DNA of 63,668 nt, counting the filler, from Atractiella rhizophila (taxonomy: Eukaryota): NCBI GenBank assembly GCA_021432655.1. It is 7 parts of 6 records of this genome, joined end to end, with 100 filler letters (N's around TTAATTAATTAA, not from the genome) between each part and the next. Parts side by side here need not be neighbours in the genome. Positions count along the whole stretch, not along the records: positions 10,946 to 21,702 come from MU272061.1; positions 21,803 to 32,551 come from MU272062.1; 5 more parts are not named here. One strand, 5' to 3'. A program made the translations under genes and the position numbers. Under the pieces are notes generated by a model that saw only the letters and a program-made list of their open reading frames with translations, ran no database searches and was not told the DNA's origin. How positions within the stretch are numbered: the stretch's first letter is position 1; each line of letters opens with the position of its first letter. Positions 12,111 to 23,593 of this stretch are shown piece after piece.

Positions 12111-13987
12111 ATGCCAGCTCCTCCAAAGAAGGAATGTTCAGGTAAGTTCTATGCCCCTAACGTACTCGACCACCAAGTCATGACAGGGGAACCTGTAGAT
12201 TTCGAGTCAGTTCCCGCATCTCCTCCTCCAACTGCCGACTATTACATCTTAGCAGAGAAGCGCATTTATTCCATCTCAAAAAAAATAAAAGCGGCGGGCG
12301 AGCATTGGGTTCGAACGGGACTGCTATCGCATCTGGATCAGTCCCTGGGCTCTCCAGCGTTGGGTGGGGGAAGTTGGAGTAAACATACCTTGAAGGCATG
12401 CTATACTGGTGGTACGTCCCAGCACGAGAGGTGGATCCGAAACGAGATTGTGAAGAGGAAGGCGGAGGGTACTTGGACCGCTGAAGAGAGGGAGAGGAAA
12501 CGGAAGAAGTGGAGCCTGGATTGGGAAGATGTGGTACCCGACAGCGATGGAGAGGTGGGGGACAATATATCCCTCACGCTTACTGCGAAGGAGAAGACAG
12601 TCAATCCAGGGACGATTGTTACCGTCGCGGCGACTGCACCTCATCCTCAGGAGGAGCAAGAGCTTGCCCCAGCATCTTCAGATGACGATATCCCTCTCAA
12701 CGAGAATGAACTCGTACGTCAACGCCGTCAAAAATCAAAGCGCCTTGCAGAGGCTCCGTCCTCTTCCCTCACTCCGATCTTCTCTTCACCCATCAAACTT
12801 GTCCCTCCAACAGTAACGACAGCCACTCCGCTGCTGCTCGCATCCCTGTCTACATCTCCGACACGACGCTCTAACCCCAAACCGTCGCACCGTGCTAGCA
12901 ACAACCAATCATCGCCTCTCTTCACCGTCCAAGAGGCAGATGAACACTCTCGCAGCCCAACTGCCTCTCCGATCCTCGCTACGCTCAAGGAAAAGGAAAA
13001 GAGCAAACTCGATCTCGACCATTCGCAGTCTATGTTTCGTACCCAAAGCGGGACGGAGTTGGAGATTGGCATGCTATCAGATAGGACGAGTACGACGCCT
13101 AACAAAAACAAGGGGAGAGTCGTCGGTGCAGGTAGACTCGCTCAATCCTCCTCCGCTCTAGAACAGGAAAAGGTGCGTTGTTTCTCTGTACTTGTTTCAT
13201 GTTTGAACAATGATGGCTGAACGAGTAATAGGAACGGACTGGCCGGGACTTGGGAGCCTCCCCATCACTCGAGACGGTCCCTTTCTCCTCCGCTCGCGAA
13301 AGTCAACCATCAACCACTCCCACTTTCATCCCACGTCTCCATCCCCAACCTCAAAATCCAGGTGGTGAAGGAGACGAGACAGCGCCATCGTTACCCTCTG
13401 GCTTGCTAAAGGAGGACGAAGAGGAGGGCGAGGGTATCACCCCAACTCGCCCAGCACCTGCGACTATTTCTTCAGATCAGGCGAAAGAGGAGGAGAAAAC
13501 TCTACTGGAAGAAGATGAACTCAAAACGCCACTGGAAGACGACGAGCTCAAAACACCTCTCAACACCGGGGAAGATGAGCTGCACTCTCCTCCGTCCCCC
13601 AAACGGTTCCTCTCCTCTGCCGCATCTTCCCTCGCCTCCTTATCTTCCCCAAGAGGTCATCCCGTACTCCCTCATCTCCTACCTTTAAATGAACAGCAAA
13701 GCCTCAGCAAATCTTCCTTCCGCAAGATCCTGGCCAGTCAAGGGAAAAAGCCAGATTCTTCCGTGGAGACGAACGCGCTAGCAAAAGGGGAGAACGCTTC
13801 AGGTCATCAAGATGGTGGGAGTGTGAGACATGGTGATGAGCGCGCATATGTCAAGGACAGTCAGGAAAGCCAACTCCCAGATCTCAGCGGTGTGAGGGAT
13901 GCCGATGACAGTTATTCACAGTTTATGAGTCAGATGCAAATGGGAGAAGAGATTGAAGGATTTTTGAATGGTGAAGTTGGTCTCTGA
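12111..13987 (+). CDS. Hypothetical protein, mostly Ser/Pro/Glu-rich and disordered
   Basis: ORFs 12111-13220 and 13250-13987 are joined by a GTGCGT...ATAG intron near 13172-13231. Probable in-frame intron near 12142-12186. Confidence 0.7.
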
Positions 13988-14152
13988 TTCTCTATTGAGA
14001 GCATTGTAAAGGAGAAAAAAGTGCTGAACTTTTAGCTGTCCATCCTGTGTAGTTGTATGACGATATTTGCATTAGCATAAGTATCTTATCAAATCAGCCC
14101 AAACAAACTCCTTGTCCAAATAGTTCCAATTTGAAGCTTGAAGGACAACGTT

Positions 14153-14859
14153 TTAATGCTCCTGTCCAGCACAAAACTCGGAATAGGCTTTCTCATCCAT
14201 GAGCTCGTCTGTCTCGCCCACCTCCGAAAGTTTGACTTTGATCAGCCAACCTATCAGGTTGCATCCAAGAGTCAGCTCACTTCCTGGAACAGAAAAGCAG
14301 GGAACAGAACGCACCGTCTGCTTCTGGCGACTTATTTAACACGCTCGTCTTCTCCGAGAGGACAGAGTTGACCTCCTCTATCGTTCCACTGACGGGGACA
14401 TAGACGTCAGAAGCCGCTTTCACGCTCTCAACGGTGCCGATGAAATCTTTTGCGGTTCAGTAGGACGTCAGCAAAGGAGCATAGACACGGAGCAATAGAC
14501 GAACCTCCTTGCTTGACCTCGGTTCCCTTCTCTGGCAATTCGATATAAACCACATCCCCCAACGAATTCTGCGCATACGTAGTGATGCCGACGGTCCCAA
14601 TCTTCGACTCTGTGTCGAATGAGATCCATTCATGTTCCTTGGAAAATTTCTTCACTAAAAGTTTGAGGTACCAGGCGCACGATCAACGTGAAGTAATAAA
14701 AACAGATATTTAATGCGCACCAATTTCAAACTGATGGGGTGTGGTGCGGAATGCCCTAATTCCACTGCCTGCGGCCGGAAAGTAAAGAGAGGACACCCTC
14801 ATAGAAGGCCACGTGCGGTGTGCCCTGGAAAGAGGACGAAAAAGCGCGCGAGTCGACAT
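14153..14859 (-). CDS. GCV3: Glycine cleavage system H protein, mitochondrial
   Basis: [23 protein letters not shown], lipoyl motif [22 protein letters not shown]. Arg-rich presequence; 4 exons. Confidence 0.95.
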
Positions 14860-15471
14860 GTTGAGTTTTCGTCGTTTTCAGAGGTGGTTGATCAGTCTCT
14901 GGTTTCAGTTGATTACCCGTGACTACATTAAGTCATGTGACAACCACATTGTGACAGTTGCAGTTACCATTCGCAATGATCCACGTGCAAGAAAATCTGA
15001 GTAGTAGCTCAGCTCGTTAAGGAGATGTGAGATACGAGCGTGTAAACTTGTAATTTTGACAGCAGAAAGTTGATCCAGTATGCCGGTTTAGTAAGAGTAT
15101 GGAAGATAAGGTTTAGACAGCATGCTTGAGTACCAGCTTACTGGGGTTCATAAGAAACATTCCTTACCCTTATTGCCCACCATTAATGCTCATTTCAGAA
15201 GTGGATCTAATTTTTCCGTCTGAAGCCCATATCGTGAATGCGAGAATGCAATGCAATCATGAAGAGTTATAACGTTAGCAACGGCGGGATGGCAGGCGGG
15301 ATGGAATGTTGTTCACGGTTGTCTCACTCAGGCGCAGGGTCTTACTGCCATAAAGCCACCATCACCCTTTCTCATTTTCTCCAGATTTCCACTCAGTAAA
15401 TATCTCACTGATACTTACAGCGTTCACTACTCAGTTCTGCACTGTGACGCGAATTGAGAAGGATTCGAAAC

Positions 15472-16119
15472 ATGCTCCCACCGATCTGCTACTTTTGCAA
15501 GTGGGTGCCTTGCAGCGAGGACTGTCTTCCGGTTCGTTTCTCTATCCAAACTCCCGAATAACAAGCTAACAACTAGGTTAGAGACTTTGTTATCAAAGAA
15601 GGCGGTTCCAGCAGTTGATGGAGAGGAAGAAGTCCGGCAAGGATCAACCACCTCTTCTGGGCACCACAGTGCGTTCCATCCCCTCTCCTGCTCTAATATT
15701 TAACGCTGACGCGCTCCTAGTTCGCTCCGCACAACACACGCCCACAGCTACGGCGCCGTGGCGAGTATCGTAAACTATCGACTGCCACCGCCGAAGGGGT
15801 TCCCAGGATGGATGGATCCTTGGCTCTGTCCCCTACCTCTACAGACGCCTCTTCGTCCTCCGGTATGAGTCGAAAGTCTACCATTACGATCAAAGACGAC
15901 GATGAATGCACGGCCCATTTGAAAGAGGAGATGGCGGCGTGGAGGAAATCGTTTCATGAGACGAAACACGAACGGTGGTCCATGCAGCAATGGTACGAGA
16001 TGAAAGAAAAAGTGGAGGAGATGCAGGAAAGGACGAGGAGACGGGAATTTGAAAAGAGTTCGAAAAGGAAGAACTTTTTGAGCAGGTTGTGGGATGGAAT
16101 GGCGAACAACTTGATTTGA
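15472..16119 (+). CDS. Small three-exon orphan protein
   Basis: In-frame splicing through GTTCGT...TTAG and GTGCGT...GCTGAC...CTAG introns into ORF 15808-16119. Confidence 0.5.
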
Positions 16120-16827
16120 TTCTCTGCGTTTCCACCCTCTACTTGTTCACCTGCCTGCTGTGTACTTTCGAATTTCTCCTTCCATTATCGATGCTAGTCT
16201 GGTCTGGTGATTCAATACGAGACACATCGCTCAGATTCTGAAATAATGCACCATTAGTTTCTCTTCCACTAGCCATGCCCTGGGTGTTAACATAGCAAAC
16301 CGCCTATCATGACAACTTTCGAGATAATTGCCGCTTACTATCCGTCACAACCCAGGGGGCTCAAGGAGACCCGTAGCGCAATTGCTAAGCTCAATCCTTC
16401 GTTGTGAGAAGCCTTCCAGAGTGATAACATGCAGACTTTGAGAAAGAAAGTACACATTAGGAGGACCAAAAATTGAGTGGAAGCGATGTCCTTCTGCATA
16501 TCGACGCTCCAGATGACGCGGTGTCCTCGATATGGACATCTCCATTTCTGAAAGTTGTGCGTTATGACGGAGGAGGCCCTATTTAGAAATAGTTGGGAAC
16601 GGACTCTCCAAAGTCTCATGTTGGTCACCACAACATGGGCATGAATCAGGTATCATTTATCACTCGTATGACTCTGCTCGAACTCATGAGAGCTAAAATA
16701 AATGGGCGGCGAACCGTGATCCCAGTCCTTCCTTGCGGTTGTTGTCCACCGCCCGAACATAGCTTGAACTCACTGCGCGAATCTACAATGAAATTGGACG
16801 AATTCTGAAGGAAAGTACGAAGCACGA

Positions 16828-17943
16828 TCAAGTGTGTTGCGCCTGCACCAGTTCGACCAGTACTCAGACAAACTGTAAGTGGGGGAGAATGGTTACAGAC
16901 CTTCAATTCCTCCATTCGTCCCTTGACTGTCTCCTTAACATGTGGCCAAATCTCGTCCGTCGTATTTCCCTTCACAATAATCAGCACTCCAGGTTTGCAG
17001 AGAAATAAGAGGGTGGACAAACGGTGAAAGTGAGCACCCTTTCCAGTCCACCAACCTTGCTTCCGGCATAGTGTTCCAGAAGTGTCTTATTCTCTTTATG
17101 GAAGTCTTTCAATCTCTTCCCAAAAATATTGACGTCGTCATCAGGCCGTTTTGTAAGAGACTCGCCAGTGACATCATCTCTTCCCTGGACCTTTGGAGGG
17201 TTGAATCTACTTTGCTTGTAAGTGGATGGTAGCGAGGAGAAAGCAGGCGAACGTGTGATTGTATACTCGGCCAGAAGGGGCATGAATCCATCTGTCTATT
17301 GTAATATCAATGCATCAGAATTCATCAACGAGAGAGAAAGGGGGGGTGCGAGAAATCACCCACTTTCTATTCGGTCCAGAATGACCGAATCGGGTACAAC
17401 GAGGTTCAGGATCAAGTTAAGGCCTACCCCGCGACTCTGCAGGAGAGAGTCTAGAGAACGCGCTTGGGAACCGTTTCGAGGATAACCATCTAGCACCCAA
17501 TGCTGTTTGTCCAGTGCAGCATGCAGAATTAGAGCTTTATCAATGGCAAGAAAGATTAGTCACAAACCTTTCCTTCTAAGACCGAAAGCTCCTTTTCCAC
17601 CAACTGGAGGATCACTTCGTCAGGCAGAAGAGCTGTTTCTCTGTATAAGTGTACGAGTAGAATGCCCCTGTCGGTCGATAGGAACGCACCGCCGCGTTTC
17701 ATGAATCCCTCTGCTTGCGCTCCTAACGCCGTCTTCTGTACAATCTGAGCTCTCAATAAATCCCCTACGCCAACGGTCCGTATTGGGAAGGCAGCCTGAC
17801 AGCGGGATATGAGCGTTCCTTTCCCTGATCCCTGGCACCCGAACAAGCAAATGTACATCATGATTACTAGACCAGGTGGAAGGGGAAAGACGAACAGGTG
17901 CACCAAGGATTATCATTCGAAGTGAAGAGAAGGAAGGAGCCAT
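16828..17943 (-). CDS. ADK2: Adenylate kinase (mitochondrial GTP:AMP phosphotransferase type)
   Basis: ILGAP/GSGKGT P-loop split by an intron, GDLLR, WVLDGYPRN, WIHAPSGRVYN, FNPPKVQGRDDVTGESLTKRPDD. Confidence 0.9.
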
Positions 17944-18745
17944 GACACTTGAGACACAATGTCAATATTGTAGGTCCAGACTCGGATAGATATATGTGCT
18001 GTGACGCTGCAGAGAGTGTTAGAACTTGTTTAGGTGCAGCATCCATTCATTGTCTGCCTACTGTGACGCCTAGTACTATAGGTCTTGGAATTCTTCCAGC
18101 TTGTGGGATAGTTACTAATTCTAATGTAAAAGGCTTGTAACAAGTTGTAACAAGCTAAGAACTTATCGACATCAATCGTGAACAGCTTGAACACAGAAGG
18201 TGAACCAGCTGGTTGGGGTAATAAACTCAAGGTGCATAATTCGCTCCGAACTCAATATTCGACCAGATGATTGACAAGCGAAAAGTTAATACTTTCGCTA
18301 GTGAAAAGGAACTCCTGTGATAAGTAAAGCGAGAAGCAGGAGGTGTAAGTGCATACCCTATAAGTGATATCCTGAAAGCTGAAATAACGTGCATGATTAT
18401 GTACTTGGGTATAACAACTAGTGATAAAAACGACATCAAGCTGATCAAGTAAACTGTAGACCATGATAGAACAACAATACATCATGAAAGCGAGGAAACG
18501 ACGACATGCAGACTTAAGTGCTAAGTTAAGTGGGAATCTTGGACAGCAACTGCAACATATGATGAATAACTGGAGTGTCCTTCGTCTCAAACGAAGACAA
18601 CATTGCTGAACAAATGTTTGAGAAAGCTGGGTAGTTTTGAGAATGCGAGTCCATAGGCAACAGGGAAGGATGATGAGTGCAGTTGCATGGCTGTGAGAAA
18701 GAGCAAAGAGCCCAGTGATAACAAGATGTAGGTCCAATCACGACT

Positions 18746-19490
18746 CTAGTCTATTTCCCGTCTCATCATCTTCATCCTATACAAAAGAAGAAAGTGACGT
18801 ACTTAAAAAGTTATGTGGGGCGGCATAAAGCTCCTTCATCTCCACTTCCAGCGCCTCAAAGTACCTCACCTCCTCCGGTTGATCCCTCTTCAGATCTTCC
18901 CAACGTCTCGTGCATGCCGCTGTCTTTGCGTTTCCAGCATAAAGACCTTCCTTGAATAGAGGTATTAAGGTACAACATTTCTTGAGGAGAAGGAAGAGGT
19001 CCGAATTGACCGGAATTGGTGCCTTGTGTAGCCGAGCGAAGCGGTCCACGAGGACAGGGATATCCATTCGAAACATGAAGTAAATATTGAGAGGTCGTTT
19101 CGGTTGAGGATGCCCATGCCTATCTTCCTTCAGAAAGACGCTTAGTCGATCTTCATTCTGATTTGTGCACTGATGCACAATATCTTGAGCAAAAATGCCA
19201 TTGATGAGGGCGGTTTTAGTAGGCACATCGTCAGAATCATCGATAATTGGATGTTGGATTGGCGAGCGTTCGCGACGCTGCCGTTTCTTGACAGGGTAGG
19301 TTGGTCGGCGACCTCGAACCCAGGAAGCTTCTGCAGGTGCGCGGTCGAGGAGAGTATGCGCGACTGACGATTGGTACGACGGATTGACAATGGACTGTCG
19401 GGAGTAGCCTGCGCTGTAACTGCATGTGGGATAATCAATAACGTGCTCGGAAAGCAAGTGGGAAAACGAACCCGATGACCGGAAAATCAA
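18746..19490 (-). CDS. HMG-box protein (5' end uncertain)
   Basis: PKRPLNIYFMFR...RRWEDL...EVRYFEALEVEMKELY resembles an HMG box with an insertion between helices. Confidence 0.7.
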
Positions 19491-20624
19491 AGCATTGTGG
19501 ACTGGGAGGGATGGATGGCCATCTGTGATTTGGAGCTGGATACCTGTATCTCGACGAGAGAGATGAACATTTCATGTTACGGTTGGAGGAAGAACCGTGT
19601 TAACATACGCGTCCTTTGGGTAGTACCTTTTCCCTTCACTTGGGCTCTCTCTCCGAGCCCTAAGAAGTCGCACATATTCAACGCTCGAATCCCGACTTTC
19701 CTCTTCTTCAGAAACAGACCTGTGATACAGAACAACTGAGTCGTTTAAAATATGAGGTGAGACTGGAAGAACTCTAACTCCGTAAACTCCCTATAGTCGC
19801 GCTTCTTTCCTTTCAAGAAGTCGACAGCTTCTTCAAGACACGGTACAAAAACAGATTTATCACTGTTCCCAAGCGATTCCTTAGTCAGTTGCGTCCTTCG
19901 GGCAATCTACAGCAAATACACACCTAAAAGGCCGCATCTTGATCGTCCAATTCGTTGAAGTAGTAGCCGCGATAGGCGTCAATAAAGGCGTAGGACTGCC
20001 AGGGGACGGTGAGTATGTGCCAGGTTGAGTGAAGAGTAGGAAATTGTTACGGGCTGCAGTCAGATTGTGATAGTTTATCTAAATCTAAGTCTTGAACCCC
20101 CTTCGTAATCTCAGATTGCGACTGAGAATTGACGACGTTGTGCATGGTGGGAGGCTATCTTGAAATGCTAGCCACAAGGGGGCAAGGATAAGTAGAGATG
20201 AGATTTACAAGGCGTAACCGAACGGGGTCGATGCGTGGAGATGCCTGACTTATCAAGCAACGAATGTACATGCATGGTTGCAGCTCCCTTTGTTCTCTCA
20301 CGTGGTACAGCTTGCAACAAGCCTTCCAAATCGCTGCGGATAAGGACAAAGGGATCTCACAACTGTTCAACAAAGGAGTTGCTTTGTCCATTCGAAGGGG
20401 ATAAAGAACGACAAGATTTATGGTTTCATTGGGCGACAATTCTGATCGAAGTCGCCGGATTGGGGAGGAGACAGAGCTCATCTGATCACTGTCCAGGTAA
20501 AGTGCCTGTCGTAGGGAGCAGCGGTCCGTTGCGACTGATTCAAAATGTGCAGAATTGGAGCTCAGGGCACCACACCGAATTGAATGCAAGAGGGGAAGGA
20601 CAGCTTCAATTACAACCTGCCGAT

Positions 20625-21653
20625 CTAAAGCTTCCCATAATCGAGTTTCGTCTCGTGCTTCTCTAAGTAGCACAAGGTGATCAACTCCAATCATCCAGGA
20701 CAACAAGGGAAACGGGACAACTCACTGGCTTCCTGGATTTTTCTCACAGCTTTATTTAGATCATCTTGTACGATCGCCGTCCGTTCATCTCGAATAGCGA
20801 AGAGACCAGCTTCAGTCGCAACATTCCTCAAGTCTAGTTTGTCGCTTTAGCTCTGCTGTTACCTAAGAGACGTTGAACGCACCAGCGCCGTTGAATCCTT
20901 CGCTTAACTTGACAATGGCCTCATAATCGATCTCCCCGCTCTTCTGTATCGGTCCACAATGAATCTTCAATATTTCTAAACGGGCGATCTCGTTTGGAAG
21001 AGGGATCTCGATCTTTCTATCTATCCTTCCCGGACGCATGAGAGCAGGGTCGAGAGTGTCTGGACGGTTGGTAGCCATAATGATTTTAGTTTTGCCGAGG
21101 TAGTCAAATCCGTCCATTTGATTTAGAAGCTGTTCCCACAGAATTGCATCATGTAAATTATTTCGCATAGCTGATGATCACACAGACGAACCTCCATCAA
21201 GGTCCGTTGAATTTCCCTATCTGCACTCGTCCCCTCACTGAACCTTCTGCCTCCAATCGCGTCAATCTCGTCCATGAAAATGATGCATGGCTCATGGTCT
21301 TTGGCATAGGCAAACATCTCCCTGACAACCCTCGCAGACTCTCCAATGTATTTGTCCACAATAGCGGAACTGACAACCTTTAGGAAATTTGTCTCGAGAG
21401 TAGCCGCGACAGCGCGAGCAAGCAAAGTCTTGCCAGTACCGGGTGGCCCGTAGAGTAAAACTCCTTTAGGTGGCTTAATCCCAACGCGATGGAACAGCTC
21501 AGGATTCTTTATCGGCAATTCGATGACCTCACGCAGCTCACGAATCTGCTCAGATAGTCCTCCAATATCGGCGAATTGGAGTTGCCCAGGGTCTTCTGTC
21601 GACATGTTATAGACAAGTGGGTCAACCTCGCGAGGAAGCATCCTGTTCATCAA
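20625..21653 (-). CDS. RPT4: 26S proteasome AAA ATPase Rpt4, 5'-truncated
   Basis: [63 protein letters not shown]-terminus KLDYGKL. Confidence 0.97.
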
Positions 21654-21802
21654 GGCATGCCATGAGATTACGAACCGTCAACGAGGGAGGGAGGGTATGA
21701 AGNNNNNNNNNNNNNNNNNNNNNNNNNNNNNNNNNNNNNNNNNNNNTTAATTAATTAANNNNNNNNNNNNNNNNNNNNNNNNNNNNNNNNNNNNNNNNNN
21801 NN

Positions 21803-23579
21803 CTTATTCCAAAGCATCAGCAACTCCCGTTTACAACATCAAATAATGAAAACTGGCATAATGCAGCTGGCGAGCCATTTCGTGGATCGGCTTCTTCTCT
21901 TACAACTGTTCTGAGTGTCCTTCCCGATATCTTCTTACGTAAAAACCTCCTTGCCAAAATTAAGAACCGCTCTCAGCCAGCTGACTCACCATCACGAGCA
22001 TTTCGGAAGAAGGTTATTGAGGCTGGTACCCACCACATCTTTCTTGTGGATCGGAATCTTCGCCTGGAAGAAATCTTATACTCTTCAAGCCAGCCTAAAC
22101 TGCTGGACGTCTTTTCGAAGCACGGGTTTGGATTGGTCAAGCGTGAAAAGCAGTATGTTTTCTGTATATGCTACTGGGAGTAGTACATTTATTGATATTC
22201 CATGAGTTTAGATTTACAGGAGTTGACCTAGATCGCTATAAAGCGAAGCGAAAGGAGCTTCTCCAAACTCTCAAACCAGATGATATTGAACACCCCGAAG
22301 TGATTGTTATGGCTGTTATGAATGGAACGGTTGTCATGAATGGTGAGCTTCCTGTGGACTCTGATGTTGAAATGGAGGTGTTTCCGAAGGCTGTAAGTCT
22401 TCTCTTTCCCAGTCTTCTCAACATGAGAATATATTCATATTGAGCTGTTATAGAAACCTGAGAACACTCCTTTACAACATTCTGCGATCAGTTCATCTTG
22501 CTTGCCAGAAAAGCGCACGGCAACCCAATTGGATAGTGAGGATGATGCCACTACTACGCTCGCCATCTCCTCCAAACGCCCTCATCTAAATCGAGAACTT
22601 TTGGAGCCAGATATCAAGCCACCTCATCTACCTTCTTTTTGGAACTTTATAAAATCGAACCAGTCCCCATCTTCCACAAGTATGGATGTGGAAGCACAAC
22701 CACCACCAGTTCCTCTGCCTACGAATGTCTCCCAATCTCGAACGTCACAAGCCTTTACTTCAGCAACAGGCACTTCGTTTGCAGATTATCAGGAGAAGAG
22801 TACAATTCAAATGTACTCTGATGCCTTCTGGCAGCTTGCAGCCTGCCGACTCCAGTTCAAAGCTACTTCTTCAATGACGGAGAAGCAGCTGAAGTTGTTT
22901 GCTGAGAACTATAATAACCCCCAGCTTATCTTGAACCCTGCGTATTACAATGCAGAGAAGGGTGTTCCGAAAGACAAAATCATTCGCGATGGTTTGGTGC
23001 TCAAAAACGGATTATTTGCAATCGAGAAGGAGGTTGCTAGTCGTATTCAGAGAATAGCCAGAGGAGACTGTGAGTTTGAACGCTTTATTGACAAGAAAAA
23101 GAATTTACCAATAGTGTTGAGCAGCCATCAAGCCATTCTGGAAACTTCAAACGACACTCCCTCCACCAGTGAAAGTGACATACATGAAGCCAACAAGGAA
23201 GGGCAACCTTGGAGCTGTAAAGACTTGTGGTCGATGCAAGAAGCAAAAGCATGGGTATGGTGAGAAGAATACAAACAACCACAAGCGCGATGTCTGTGAC
23301 GACAACTTTATGCATTGGTCCAAAGTTCCGTACCCACTGCCCAAGACCAACCTACGCAATGTCCCACTCTGCAAGAATATGTTGGGGAAGTGGAGCATAG
23401 ACGAGAATGCGGTAAAGAAGTTTCTCACGGATATCAAGGATGGGAAAGTGCCAGATGTTGATCAATCGGTGGAGATGGTCAACATGCGAGTTTTTATGGC
23501 AATGACATGGGTAGAGGAAAAGATGGACTGGGTTTTGACAAAAGAAAGGATGCATATTGAAGCAGGGAAAAGAAAGTAG
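21803..23579 (+). mobile_element. 3' part of a transposase-like gene (Zisupton/KDZ- or Mutator-like DDE family, inferred)
   Basis: Frame open from the contig start with TTSNNENWHN (resembles the third-catalytic-Glu motif). Intron 23070-23124 joins RIARGD to a CGRC...NHKRDVCDD...PYPLP Zn ribbon. A long repeat arm follows immediately. Confidence 0.5.
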
Positions 23580-23593
23580 TGGTTCACTTAGTG

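Noticed and set aside
17950..18740. Additional gene between ADK2 and the HMG-box gene
   Set aside because: Only short overlapping ORFs; no coherent exon chain or motif could be built.
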